A stretch of DNA of 64,000 nt from Phoronis australis. Taxonomy: Eukaryota; Animalia; Phoronida. The notes below the pieces were generated by a model. That model was not told the origin of the DNA. It worked only from the letters and a program-made list of their open reading frames with translations, and did not search any database. This document shows, piece by piece, positions 1-13,684 of this stretch; position 1 is the stretch's first letter, and every line of letters starts with the position of its first letter. The position numbers and the translations under genes are program-made. The stretch is taken from positions 59,517-123,516 of the forward strand of contig NMRA01000798.1 of NCBI GenBank assembly GCA_002633005.1, given 5' to 3'.

Positions 1-122
1 CATTGGATAATTTCAACACCTCCGTCTGCCGTCAGGTAACGCAACCGAACGTGCCGTTATCGATTAGAACTACTCAATCTAAATTGATACAAAATGGGTT
101 GTTCTTTGGGTGGCATTCTCCT
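1..122 (+). mobile_element. Right end of a second copy of the same Kolobok-type element
   Basis: Clearly homologous to ~43480-43607; ends GGGTGGCATTCTCCT followed by TTAA at 123-126. Confidence 0.85.
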
Positions 123-2354
123 TTAAAGTTTGTTAACTTAGGTGCTGTGATATATTTATGTGAGCACATGGACCCGTCTTACTCCTTCCCCCATCATTTC
201 GGTCTATTCCATTATTCCTTGTGTAGGACTACACGTCGTTGTCCCAGCCTTCGTATTGGTCTGTTGTTATCTTGTGTCTTGAGTTTGGTCAGCTCTTGGC
301 TCTCATAGGCTGATGATTGTCACGTGACCTTATGCGTTTATATTGCAACCTCGTTTCAGTTCACCTTTGTTCCGGCCACATTTTCGTACGTTCCAAAACT
401 TATTAATTTTTTCCCACCCTCTACCACCCCCGTTTTTGTTCTTTCGTACTTCTACATGGCCGGCGCTTTTTTATTACCCATCTTACCAGAGATTATCATT
501 TTTTATTTTATTATCTGTATTCACTATATTTGCTTGTAATTCTAGTCGTCATAGTCGTCACAGTCGGTGATATTAGCCTTCGGCTAGTGTTAGTCTGTTT
601 TGTCAAACTGACTATAAATAAAGAGATTGATTGATTGGTTGATGACCTTATATCGCCTACCTCGGTCTCCTTTTCATCTCTGGTAACGAGTTTGCGACGC
701 ACGTATCATTTATCCATTATTCGGGACATATGTCGATCATAAATATGAAGACCTCTGTGTATGATCTTAGGGACTTCAGTGGTACTATAGCACACTTCTG
801 AAAGTCACTTGAGATCTTGTTTCTGATGGTACAGTCACGCAAATGTATCTCAATCTTAATCAAGTCATAGAGAGTCACGTAACCAAGACGATGAGTCAAA
901 CTACTTTGGCGGTCACAATTTACATGAATTATGTAAATTCATGACGTAATGGTCGGCAAAGTGTTATAATGCTTTCTAGCGCTTTCTGGGTGAAGCTCTT
1001 ATTATTTACGTTATGTTTTTTGTAATAAATATCATAAAAAGTCTGCAAACTGATTTCGTTAAATTGATTGGGTGCAAATGTTAAAATGATCTAGGAAAGC
1101 AGAAACAAAATCTTTAACAATGGCGTCCTATATTTGTATAAATTGTGCAAATTTATCATACACTAACCTGCAAACTTGTGTCTTAAATTAACTGATCACA
1201 GAAAACATGTGGTGCCTGATACCGTTCTAAGGAGAAGTATCAATTTGCATAATTTGTGCAATTTTTTATGCACACACCTTCAAAGTAGCTCAATTAAAAC
1301 CATTGTCACACATAACCAAGAGTACAATGAACACTAGCATACTTTGACCTGTGGTGCCTGATAGTGATACCACAGCTAGGATAAACAAAAGGACTTTCAT
1401 TACTGGTTGTCTTAATTGGCATAATTTATGCAAATTATCCACGTATCCGCCTCCAAAGTAGCTCCATCAAATTCACTGGCCATAGAAACATCAGTGAAAA
1501 CATCTAATAAATAAATCTACCTGCAGTGCTTGCGATGTATCGTGCGGGCGCGTACACGACGGTGGGACCTAGAGTATTTGTAGCGACTGACCATCAGTAC
1601 CGGTATATTTAATTTTCATTGATTAAACCTCTTTTAAGAAGCACTAGTTATATGGCAGATACCATGAAAAGAATCCTACGTTGACAACCTTACCAGTTGC
1701 GATTGGGCAACTCGACCGGTTCGCGTACCTCAAAATCTGCCACCTTGGTTAAGACACCATGCTGTTATGTTATCGCTCTCTAGATAATTAGACCCTTAAT
1801 AACGCACTGGGGCGATGGTAATACTTTTAAATTTTTGTTTTAAAAGTTTTTAAATAGCATATTTGAAAAGTTTGTGAAAAGTTCACGTCATTAGATTTTT
1901 GAATGTTGAAAATCGGACAAGAATTCCGATTTTTACCTCCTAAAACTTTTGTACAATGTTACCATATGAATATTTCTCATTAATTCTGCTGGGTGTGCAA
2001 CATAATTGGACAGTTACCAAACCACCAAGCAGCAGTTGGATTTTGAATGTAGTGTGATCGTACAATTCTTGGCAAGGTAAGGAAGTTTTAAGCAAAAATA
2101 GAATTTTCATAATGGTGGCCTTAATTTTCATATTTATACAAGTGCTCAACGTTGGCCAGCTTACAACTCACGAAACAACCAAACAATTATACTGCCAAGA
2201 ATCTCTAGGTACCCATTTCTGCCTACTGGACTATGTGTAATTTCCTTTGAAATAATATCTCGATATCTGTCGTACCTATGAAATTGCATCTGTTCGTCTA
2301 AATGTTAGGTACTAGTTGCATGTAACGCCTGACGTATTGTGCTGTTCTCACCAG

Positions 2355-2500
2355 GGGCACCATTTTCCGTGAGCTGACGGCCCTGTACCCCACACATGCT
2401 TGCCAGGAGTACAACCACGTGTTTCCGTTGCTGGTTGAGAACTGTGGGTTTACGGAAGACAACATTCCTCAGTTGCAGGTTGTTTCCAACTTCTTGAAAG
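2355..2500 (+). CDS. PAH: PAH coding exon (first visible in window; upstream exons not found, presumably before the window)
   Basis: AG at 2353-2354, GT at 2501. Translates (W)[48 protein letters not shown], typical of the aromatic amino acid hydroxylase catalytic domain. 146 nt. Confidence 0.95.
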
Positions 2501-3251
2501 GTGATTTAAATTGACATTTTTCATGTAACAACGATACTTCTTCTTGAATGTCGCCTTTGGAAGTGTTGATAATGAGTAGTTGGTATAGGTCAAGCAATTT
2601 TGATTCTAAGTTGATTTCTTTAAAAATGACCTATGAGAATAAGTCATGGTATTGAAAATAGTTTTCATATTCATCGACTACCCTCTGACACAGCGCCACC
2701 TACACTGAAAGGGGTCCTTTGGAAACATAATGGACGACACTCGGAATTCCGTGTGTGGGAATAAATGCGCATGCCTTGGTCGGAAGCATGCGCGCACTCA
2801 TCCTTCGATTTGGGGGTCATCGAATTCCTGACGTTGTGGACCTTTTGGTAACAAAAAAGCGGGCGGACTAAAAAAAACAAAAAAAAAACAGGCGCGTTTG
2901 TGCCTGTTTAGTGGGCTTTTAACTCATTCTCAAGTACTTTTTGTTTCTCAAAGGCGCACCTTTTTGCCCACTTCGCCAAATGGGAGGGGCTCGTTCGAGC
3001 CCCCCGAGCCCCCCCCCTGGGTGCGTGCATGGGAAGTATACCGATCACATCGCGCACACCTTTATGCGCTGTACTTGTTTGGGGTTAAGCCACTGGATCG
3101 GGGTTTCATTCATTTTGTTTACTTCGATCACTGTCCGTTTTAATAAAATGCAATTATTCAAGTCAAAGCTGGTCGCTATTCTCGGTAACTGGGAATGATT
3201 AAATTCTGTGGCGTTGGTCTCACTACTTTAATGAATGAGAAGCCATGTTAA

Positions 3252-3488
<237 letters not shown>

Positions 3489-4432
3489 TAAGTGCAAGTT
3501 TATCACTGTGCGATTTAAAATGTGGTGAAGGTCGAGCCATGTTACTTTTTGATGATAATGACTACAAAAGAAGCTGGCTTAGTCTTGTACAAAGGTTGTT
3601 ACTTCACACTTCCTTTTCTCAGAATGGCCGTTACTCTGAAGATTTTGTTCTCAGAGTTTTGATCCTTCAAATCAAAGATTTAATACACAGCAACGTTGCA
3701 CGGGCGTTTACTTCAGTCTAAGGAGCGTGCCTCCGAAATATTATAGTTTTAAAACGCGCTGTCCTGCTCGTTTTCTATATTCCGAAGAGTCACTACCTAT
3801 TCTCCAGAAAAGCTGCATAAATGCAGGCGAGAAAGGTTTGAAACTTTATGATTCCTAAACGATTAGTAAAAACAAAGTTTTTGATTGTCTCAGGTGGATT
3901 TGCTTTCTTGAAAAAGTGAGCAACTTAAAATGCCCCACGAACACATCGCCATCTCCCAGTGCATGCACATGGGCGTGGTAAAGACGCAACATGGGTTTCG
4001 TGCAGTCGTCTTGCACTGTTTCGTGCTGTAAGGGTGCCTGTCTGAAAATTTACCCTGAAATGTTGCAAAAACACACAAAGATATTTGGGTTTTTATCACG
4101 TTTTTTTTCGTGGAGTGGTCCACCTAATATATTTTTAGAGTAGTTTTTGAACCATAATCCGGATGTTTAAAAGCGTCCGGAGTCATGGTCCTTCGGAGTA
4201 ACGGATGGATGTGCATCATATTTTACTTTCCATGGAAATATTTGTGCACTAGAATTGATTTTTGTCTTGTTACTTGTTTATCGATCACTGTTGTTGAAAT
4301 TTGTATTTTGATTTCTCACATGACCTGGAATGTGTTACGACACGACTGGTTAATAACACCGAGAACGTAATTTTTTGATATTACAAGGGAAAATCACAAA
4401 GTAGTGCAAAGTAGAAATCTATACGCCTTACA

Positions 4433-5750
4433 TTTTCATGCGCCCACATATTTATGTGGTCGCATATTGCCGTCATCTCTGTCTGGGCGTCTGGACGTCC
4501 GGCGTCCGCGGCTGTATCTCCTAAACTCCTTGCAGGATGGTATTGAAATTTGGCAGGTGTGTTTCTATGGGGTCTACGACAGAGGGCGACGAGTTTCGGA
4601 CCGACCCGAATACCAATATGCCCCCTAGTGGCAATTTTAGTTTTTTACGTTTGCCTCTGTATCTTCAAAGGTCTTCAACCGATTTTCAAAAGATGAAATT
4701 TGGTAAATAGGCATCTATTAATAAGTTGACGCTATCCTCCCGTTTTCGGATTACTTCGATAAATTTTGCGCCATCTAGTGGCCATTTTTACTATTTTCTA
4801 GTCATTTTTTGGCGTCCGCTCCTCCAACAACCAAACCATTGTAACGATGATTGTGAAAATTGGCATGTATGGTCTTACTATAAAGAAGATAGTTCACGAT
4901 GATTTCCCGATGACTTCGAATACTGTGGCGCCTGCTAGTGGCAGTTTTGTAACTTGTTTGTTTTTGCGCCCATGGCTGTATCTCCTAAACGCTCTACAGA
5001 ATCTTTATTAAATTAAGCAAATGTATTTATATAAAGTTGACAACAGACAACGACGACTTTCGGACAGATGGGTCTACCGGTGTGCCGGTGTACGTTTATC
5101 ACTGTATCTTCAAAGGTACTCAACGAATTTCCACAAAATTTGGCACATAGACATCCATTAGTGAGATGACGCTAGCCATTCATCTTGGGATTGATTCAAG
5201 GTTTTTTGCGCCACATAGTGGCCGTTTTTGTTGTTTTTTTGTCTGTTTTGTGGCGTTCGTCCCTCTGCCAACCAAACCACTCTAAGGATGATTGTGAAAG
5301 TTGGTATATATGTTCTTTCTAGGAAGGGGACGGTTGCCGATGATTTTCTGACGACTTCGACTACTGTGGCGCCTCCTAGTGGCGTTTTTTTGCACCCATA
5401 CCTGTGTTTCCTAATCCCTTTGCAGGATCTTTATTAAATTTAGCACGTGTATTTATATGAACTTATCAAGAGAAGTTGACGACTTTTAGACGGATCCGAT
5501 GAACACTGTGCCCCCTTGCAACAATTTCGTTTTTTTGTTTTCCTCTGTTTCTCTTAAGTTCCTCGGGGAATTTTAGTTCAAGTTGGTAAATGGCTTTCTT
5601 TTAAAGAAACGATGACACTTTTTTGGTTTTCAGATTCGACGTATTTTGCGCCATCTAGTGGCCATTTTAATTATACAAATAAACAACCCTAAAATCGCAC
5701 CACTTGCGACGCATTCGTGGGCGCATTTCAGCGCTCCGTGGTGCCCTTGT
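4433..5750 (+). mobile_element. Non-autonomous Helentron-like (HINE-type) element with ~440 bp internal tandem cores
   Basis: 5' T-run plus ATGCGCCCACATATTTATGTGG hairpin; CGTC-rich tract; cores recur at 4768, 5208 and 5648; 3' subterminal inverted GTGGGCGCAT then ...CCCTTGT. Confidence 0.7.
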
Positions 5751-7102
5751 ATCGCATGCAAAACACTAAAAACGCGCGCCAACCATACAATGCCGGGATT
5801 CCGAGAAGGTGACAAGGTTATGATTGGCAAATCGGGTGTAGCAACTGTACATGCTCCCACTCGGAAGGACCTGCAAGCTTCGGAATTTTGACGAAATTTC
5901 CAAGAGGTTTTGCTCATGTCATAAACCTGAGACTCGTGTAGGATTCTCTATGTACTTAACCTTGGTGATACCATAGCTTCTGCCCGAAATTGACTGTGGG
6001 TTTGTTTAAAAGGTACCTTTGCTTTGAGATTGTGCGTAGATGGAGAGAGAATGAGTAAATCCATTAATTAATTATTATATGATAACCACTAATTAGACTA
6101 GTGAATCATTTTGTTAATTAAGTAATCAACTACAAAGAAGAGTAACCACGCTAGCGCCCTCTTTAAAGATTACTTCAATCAACCAATATAATCAAATGTC
6201 TTATCTGCTATCGAAGCTGTAGGACACTCCACTTGTTGGGTGACAGTCCTATTGGTGAATCTTCGACCTACACACATTTTATTGCGACAGTGCACTGCTG
6301 GTCACAGTCTCTGGTGACGCAACACTTGCAGGCAGTATCTTCTACCCACGATTCCTCTTGCTGGTCACAGTCTCTCGTGACGCAACACGTATAGGCAGTA
6401 TCTTACTACCCACTATGCAAGTGAGAAGCTCTTAGATAACTTGTTCGTTAACCCTTGCCCTTGCCAAGATCCTCTTTAGAATCTTCCACGAGATGGCTTT
6501 GTTGTACAATTTCCTCTGTACACTGTAGCGAGTCCTTAGCCTCAACTACTATAGCACATCTGAATATCCTGTTAATTTTAGCCCAAATTATGATTTACTT
6601 ATTTAGAGATTGACTTATATAAACCACATGATCTTATCTAATCATATCATTGGCTGTTACGATTTTCTCTCAGAAATTTCCAGAGAATCTCTAGAGTGCT
6701 TTGACCCTAGAACCAAAGTAGTAAACATCATTTAAAATAGAGTTTGAGGTTAAAATACATGTCAACACCTATGACCCATAATTTAAAAGTACACATGCAC
6801 AAATTTTGGGCAACTTAAAATGGATCCATTCGTATTAATTACTTAATCAATATTTATTTTGACAGCTTCATACAAATTGGTCGTGCTGAAGTTCAGCACC
6901 TTTAATTTTCCTTGTTTAGGTATGTCTATTAACAATTTCGCAGTAAATATAAACATAAAAAGTTCAAGTAGTCTAACCAAGCCTCAAGTATAGTTATTTA
7001 CAGATCAAAGTGTTGATAGTCCATACATATTTCTGTGTAACTGTTCTTAACTTATTGTGATAGACCCGAACTAAATACAGCTGTACGCATTTGATATTTC
7101 AG

Positions 7103-7229
7103 TGACGTGTGTCACGAATTACTTGGACATGTCCCTCTGTTTGCTGACCCTGCATTCGCGCAGTTTTCACAAGAAATAGGACTGGCCAGCCTTGGTGCCC
7201 CTGATGACTTCATTGAGAAATTGGCCACG
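7103..7229 (+). CDS. PAH: PAH coding exon with the two iron-ligand histidines
   Basis: [42 protein letters not shown]; AG/GTATGT boundaries; 127 nt. Confidence 0.97.
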
Positions 7230-7247
7230 GTATGTACTGGCATTGAG

Positions 7248-8070
7248 TTTTTATGGATCTACATATACAGATGTGGCAGCATTGCCGTCATTTCTGCCTT
7301 GGCGCCCGACGTCCCCTGTTGTACTCTTCTAAAACCCTTCCAGAATCTTAACGAGATTTGCCACTTGTGATGCTATAAATCTGACCACGGAAGACTGAGT
7401 TTAGGACCAACCCGACTACCGCTGTGCGCTCATTTGGTGTCGATTTTAGTTCTTACTTTTGCCTCTACCTTCGAAGTTCCTTAACGGATTTCCATGATAT
7501 TCTGCAAATAGGCCTTATTACTGAGATAACGGCGCCTTTTCATTTTTGGACGCATTTAACGTATTTTACACCACCTAGTGGCCATTCTGTATCATTTCGA
7601 GTCCATTTTTTGGCGTCCGAGTCCGGCCTCACTCCGCCGAGACCTCTATATGATGTATTCTTGCTGAGATCACGACTGACATTGATTTTTGACGGACCGA
7701 CTACTGTTGCACTCCCTTGTAGTGGCAACTTTGTGTCAGCGAACGTATTTCAACACATTTCATGATCTTGTGAAATTTTGGCAAAAGGGTCGTCACATGA
7801 ATGCTGTCATGAAATTTCTCAAATAAGTTTCTTTATGGAAGCTAATAATGCCTTTCTATTTTCTAACGGATCTGGCATTTTTATTGTTTTCGATTTCTTT
7901 GCGTCCACGACTGTATCTCCTAAGCCCATTCCAGGATCTTTGTAAAATTTGACAAGTGTCTTCCTATGAATTTGGCAACAAATGGTGACTTCTTTCGACA
8001 ACTGCTGCACGTGGTAGTGGCAAATGGATTTTTTTACGCTTTTTTGTATCTTTTGTGTTCCTTGAGTGAT
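7248..8070 (+). mobile_element. Degenerate copy of the HINE-type element in a PAH intron
   Basis: Shares GCATTGCCGTCAT, CCACCTAGTGGCCATT and GTATCTCCTAA..GGATCTT core motifs. Confidence 0.6.
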
Positions 8071-8469
8071 TTTTAGTCCGCCCGCTCTTTTGTTAGCAAA
8101 AGGTCCACAACGCCGGGAATTCGAGCCCCCCAAAATTGAAGGCTGGGTGCTCGCATGTATTTTTACTGTTATTGGCATTGTTATTGTTACATTAACACCT
8201 TTTAAGTCAAAGTTCATTTTTAAGAAAGTTCCATTCATATCAAAATATTATTATGCCTGGTCCATTTTGATGAAACCTTTTTAAAATGAAAACTTCACCA
8301 GTTACCTCAAAAATGCTGTTAGGAATTTTCAATTAGTCTCTTAGTTGGTTTCTTTGATAAATTAACTCGCAAAATGTGTAGTAAAAACGGACAATAAGGT
8401 TTGAGATATCTTTAACGTTTTTAGCAGTAATGTTGTCACGTGATCATGTTAGTGTTGGGTTGTCGACAG

Positions 8470-8565
8470 GTGTACTGGTTCACGGTTGAGTTTGGACTGT
8501 GTCTGCAGAAAGGCAAGAAAAAGGCGTATGGAGCAGGTCTACTGTCTTCCTTTGGAGAGTTGAAG
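8470..8565 (+). CDS. PAH: PAH coding exon with the iron-ligand glutamate
   Basis: [32 protein letters not shown]; AG/GT boundaries; 96 nt, phase 0. Confidence 0.97.
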
Positions 8566-8919
8566 GTACTGTGTAAAATTATAGCATGCTGTCCTTGTTT
8601 GGAGAGAAAAAAGTCCCGCATGGTTTAGTGCTGTTGTCCTTGTGAAGAGTAAAAAGAACAGCATGGCATAAACCTGCTGTCCATGTTTGGGCAGCCAAAA
8701 ATACTGCGTGATATAAGTCACCTGTTTTGTGTTTTTAAAGGCAGCGTGTGATACAGGCCAGTTGTCTTTGTTGGGGACAATTGGCAACAATTTCTGATGT
8801 GTTAAAGCAATTTCTCTACTTTCTGTGGTCATCTAAGTCTTAGGTAACGCACAGTATAACTAACTTGATTTCTGCGAGTTCACACACTGGAAATGGAAAT
8901 TTGAATCATTCCATTGCAG

Positions 8920-9053
8920 TACTGTTTGACCAATGAGCCTGAAATACGCCCTTTTGATCCGGCTACGACCAGTCTTCAGCAGTATCCAATTACTCAATTC
9001 CAGCCAATATACTTTTTGGCCAAAAGTTTTGAGGACGCAAAAGAGAAAATCCG
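8920..9053 (+). CDS. PAH: PAH coding exon
   Basis: YCLTNEPEIRPFDPATTSLQQYPITQFQPIYFLAKSFEDAKEKI(R); AG/GTAAGC boundaries; 134 nt. Confidence 0.95.
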
Positions 9054-9451
9054 GTAAGCTCCAGTTTGAAGCACATTCAATCGTACAGCAGATTATACTG
9101 CTCTGACAATAGGACATTGTACAGAGCAATACCCGTTGCTGCTTACATACAGTGTCCGTTGTGAACGTAGTGATTTGAAGCTTAAATGGCAGATGCACAA
9201 TAATAGGATTAGACTTCCTCTTAGGACTTCTGTTGGCAAGATCTTTGGTGGAGTGAATTCACACTTGTGGAGAATACGTAGTGAAGGAGCAAACTAAAGC
9301 CCCCGGATGCTTAAAATGCAGGTGTCAGATTCATAAGGTGAAATAGACGCACTTGAATTCAGATTACGCACAACGGCTGAACGCATTACATAAGTGAAGA
9401 AATTATTACAGTAGTTATTAACCGACATAATGCATTTGTATGTTTTTAAAG

Positions 9452-9567
9452 GAGCTTCTCTACCACCATTCCCCGACCGTTTGCGGTCAAATACAATGCT
9501 TATACCCAATGCGTGGAAGTTCTGCAGAAGAAAGACCAAGTTGTTACTCTTGCAAGTAACATAAGAA
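9452..9567 (+). CDS. PAH: PAH coding exon
   Basis: SFSTTIPRPFAVKYNAYTQCVEVLQKKDQVVTLASNIR; AG/GTAAGT boundaries; 116 nt. Confidence 0.93.
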
Positions 9568-9910
9568 GTAAGTTATTTTCAATTTAAAACTTTATGAAAG
9601 ATTTAAATAACTTTGTATTCAAGCAGAAGCTCATTACTTGTATCCAATATTTTTGGCACTTGTCAAGCCAAAAGGATTTGAAATTTTCAGCATACTCACT
9701 GATTAGAAATTGTTCAATAAAATCTATAATAAAAACTAAAACTAATGCCAGCAGGTTTCTTCGTGACCACTTCACCTCCGTCATTGAGACGGTATCGATG
9801 AGATTTTTTACAACTAAAATAACTTAGCTATTGATCTTGCTTATTAAGTGCATGTCGCTTTCTAATCATTCCCTGGACACTATTAAAGATGTGAAAATGT
9901 TTGCACGCAG

Positions 9911-9954
9911 GTGACCTGGGAATTCTTGAAGATGCATTGAAGAAGATGAATTGA
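9911..9954 (+). CDS. PAH: PAH terminal coding exon (tetramerisation helix)
   Basis: CAG acceptor ending at 9910; (S)DLGILEDALKKMN then TGA; resembles the PAH C-terminal helix. Confidence 0.9.
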
Positions 9955-10745
9955 CTGACCAGTGTCAAGTTAACAGGACGCTTCTTTATTTGTCTTTGCT
10001 TACCTTGATGATTGTGATTTATAATAACGTGTGTTCAATTTTCGGTGTGTGTTTTATGGACTATTTCTCATTCGTGTACTATTTTTTCTGGTATTGATGG
10101 AAGACTACAGCTTTTGATGTCATTAATTTAGAATCAGGACTGTTGTGTTGGCCAACCTACCAGACTGTACGAATGGTTTTTGTAGATTCAGGCTATTTAG
10201 AATCTTAATTCGAACAAATCTCCTTCACGTAATCGGACGGCAGCTAACGCAGTTTTACATGGATTTATAACTAATCCAGTTGTAATTTAGTTTTACTGTT
10301 AATGTTTGTAATAATATACAACCTTTGTCAACCGAATATTTTTGTAAGCAGATTTCGGGCAATCATAGATGATGGTCAAGATATCTTACCATCTCAGCTC
10401 CCATTTTATAGACCATGTCATCTGCTTCACCATTCGACCATAATCAAGGCGTTGTTTTCAAGAAAATCCACGGCTACCGCCTCCCCTAAAGATTGTGAGA
10501 CAAGGTGTGGCTATCTTTAACCGGTTTCACGAGTAGCAACATGCATCAGTTGATTAGTATCGGTCGCAGTCTTCACCTGATGGTTATACGAGATTACATG
10601 TGTAGCTGGAGATGGGCTTTAATAGTAACTGCGACTTGCGTACTCAGTTTTAGGGGCTGTCACGTATAGACCTAATTCACGCCGACAGGAGGCGCGTTCC
10701 AAAACGAGGCTCGCTACGATAGCTCTGTTAGCCGGCTTATCAGCA

Positions 10746-10870
10746 TCAGTTGTATTTCGTTGCTCGAACGGCTAGAAAAAATACGGACACTCAACTGTCT
10801 GCTTTACAATCCCTAAGGACGTCGAGATTAGGAAGCGTTGGGTCGTTGCCATACGCCGTGTAAATTTTAT
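10746..10870 (+). pseudogene. THAP zinc-finger remnant, probably transposon-derived
   Basis: SVVFRCSNG*KKYGHSTVCFTIPKDVEIRKRWVVAIRRVNF has THAP-like C-x-N..P-x-D..R-x-x-W..I-x-R spacing with an in-frame stop. Confidence 0.6.
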
Positions 10871-12852
10871 AAATGTTTTCGAAAAGTTAGATCATATTTT
10901 GTCTCATCGATAGCCAAGCGTCATAGGGACGACCAGAGAATCTTTGGCCAGCCAGGCTGTGTTTTCATGACTACATGACGCATTTTTCATTCCAAAAAGG
11001 ACATGGCCTTCAATCCTTCGATTTTAGGGCCGAATATCGCCCCTATTCCCCTCTCAAAAATATGGAAAATCCCGCGAAATTCTCCCCACGAGGCCTAAAA
11101 ATTCCTCCAGTGATTGAATATTTCTCTCTGAAATTCACTGAAATCACGTACCTGTAACCACACAGGTGACAATTTGAAAGAGCACAAAATGCTACTTTAA
11201 ATTGAGTCAGAGCCTATGAGAGCTAGCAACAGGGCGGGGGTGCTATTGATGGTGATCGGGAGGTAGATTTTTTCCCTCACTCGGCGAAAACAATTCCCCT
11301 TCAATGAACGAGGCTCCTGGAGGAACATGATAACTATAATTGCTCTGTCCAGTTAACTAAAATTGAGTTCTAAAACAAGGTTATTCTTTGGATGAACGAC
11401 CCGAATTAGGTGTTTTAAACATAACGCGAAGTTGTCGTGAGGACTCGATTGGGACCTCAGGGGTCTCACGCTCCACCGGCTAAATTGAAAAGGNGGAAAG
11501 CAGAATTGATGGTCAAAAAATTTTATTTTCAGTTACGAGCCTGGTTATTATTTTAATAAAAATATATTTAGTAACATCAATTATTCTTTCAGATCAATGA
11601 CAAATCAACTGTTAATCCCAGTAGTCCCTACCTCACCAGGATCAGGCTATGCTTGATGTTAATATTCTTGATCAACAAAATAAACCAGATGTGACTAACT
11701 GCACTTGACAGCAAAATGCTATGAGCCGCCACCGTCTGTCGAATATAGTTTCAACTTGTCACCTGGTTCGTATATAAAGCATTTTTATCAATAATTTACA
11801 AGAAGAAATGTAACCCTGCCTTCAGCATAATTGCAATTTGGTCATATTTACTTTGCATGATTCGAACCTGAAGTTTTCCCTGCGAAAAAATTATACCCTT
11901 TCGTCAGACAACTCTTTTGTGCATTAACTTGTCGTCTCGGTAAGGCCGATGTCATTGAGTCGCCGGGTGACTGGCTCGCTGGTTCCCTGCGTGCCGCTAC
12001 TAGGTGGTTGGAGCCAGCACGCTGGCTAAGCACGTAGAGAACCAGCGAGGGTTATAGCCAGCCAGCTAGCTGTATGAAGACTGTCGTCAAAATACAGCTA
12101 GGTCCCACTGTGTGTATTTCTTCCGTAGACCCCGAAATTGCACACAGCCTGGGTAGTTCTGCTCGTCACCGCGCCGTGAAACTTGTATCAACATGTAAAG
12201 CTAAAAACCGGACGGTGTGCATGCAAAATCTGGGAGTCAACCGACACTCACCTTTCCCGTTACAGCCGTTTAAGTGAAAAACAATGCAATAAACGTCATT
12301 TTCTTTTGTAACTCTCCGCCTTTTCTAACAATGAAAAGTATTTCGTCGTTTTGAAAACAGTACGCTCGTGTCACGCGCACGCGCCATTTCCTAAATTTTT
12401 GCGACATCTCTTGGGTGATGATGATAGCTTGGAAGCAACAAAATTTCTTCTGAAATTCGATTTTTCGGTACCAAAATTCTAAAAACTTTTAATGAGGTGA
12501 AACCAGTTTTGATAATTTGTTGTGACGTGTACGCAACCTCGTGAAAGAGCAATAGTTGGATTGAAGAATCGGCGAAAAAAGAAACTGGCCAATATAGGTG
12601 ACGCAAAATTTCATGGCGCCAAAAGCGGTCGCTAATGATTGCTCCACAACTTTAGCAGCAGAATAACGGTAGAACGTCATTTTTGCCAAAATCGTTAAAT
12701 AATTTTAATTACTCAAGGAAGACTGTAGTTTTTAATGACGCTAATTTTGTCAGATTTTATCTTACCACTTTTTTACCCGCATCGGTGCAAAGCTGTATAT
12801 TTATATACAGCTTTGTACCAAGGCTACGAGGGTTACTGATGTGTGACAGTCT

Positions 12853-13684
12853 TCAGGGGCGAATCTAGGATGTCACAAGGGGGGGGCAACATTTTGTCTG
12901 TAAACATTTGCTCAAAGCACGATTATAGATGCGCGTAGCACCGAATGGGGTAGCTCGGGAGGAGGGTTTTCCTTGAAAAATCAAGCATTTTCCTTGATTC
13001 CCGAAGTATTATCAAAGAAAAAAAGACAAAAAAAAAAAAACGAAGAAGTTGTCAACCAGGAACAGATGTAAGTACCACAGACTCGAACTCACGACCTAGC
13101 GGACATAGCGCGCGTACTTTACCACTGCACCACCACAATTTAACTCCTAATATGATTCTAAGAGACCTACTTGTTAATGGTCCACAGCGTTTAAGCGCGA
13201 AACCTCCTTCTTTTTGTAATGCTTATTACACGTTTTATATTTTGTGCCATCAATTCTTAACAAATTTGTCGTATTTAAAATAGTCTTCAAATGCTCAAAA
13301 GACCAAATCCGTTTTTTGTGTTAGCAATAATGACGGGATTGCTTTGGAAATCGTCTTAAGATAAGGTTTGAGAAAGAGAGTATTGCGAGTTTCTGAGTGA
13401 TTCACTAAGGCTTCGATTGAAATTCACATCTTACCACCAGCTTCTGTTTTTCCATCGTCACTCAGGTTCCATTTTCTTTAAAAAATAAAGTAAATTTTCT
13501 TCATTGCACAGTGGAGCAGACAACGGAAACGGAGTCGTAGTGCGCAGCGCCACTGCCGGTCGCCTGGGAAATCGCGGGAGAGCCTATACTTAGCCATAGT
13601 TCCGTTACGAATGCGCCGTGTTCCGAATTTGACACTTGAAATTGGATTTGAGCCCCCCCCNCCCCCCCCCTAAATCCGCCTATG
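12853..13684. mobile_element. MITE of the CAGTGGCGGATCTAGG...TAAATCCGCC family
   Basis: Termini CAGGGGCGAATCTAGG and CCCCTAAATCCGCCTATG. Related ends occur at 21782, 35456-35764 and 37135-37395. Confidence 0.6.
13071..13136 (-). repeat. tRNA-derived (SINE-head-like) sequence
   Basis: Minus strand TGGTGCAGTGG (A box) ... GTTCGAGTC (B box), followed by a T-run. No intact acceptor stem, so not a functional tRNA. Confidence 0.55.

Noticed and set aside
146-708. Possible solo LTR (TG...CA ends, AATAAA near 617)
   Set aside because: No target-site duplication and no second copy in the window.
13071-13136. Functional tRNA gene
   Set aside because: A and B boxes are present, but no proper acceptor or anticodon stems; kept only as a tRNA-derived repeat.
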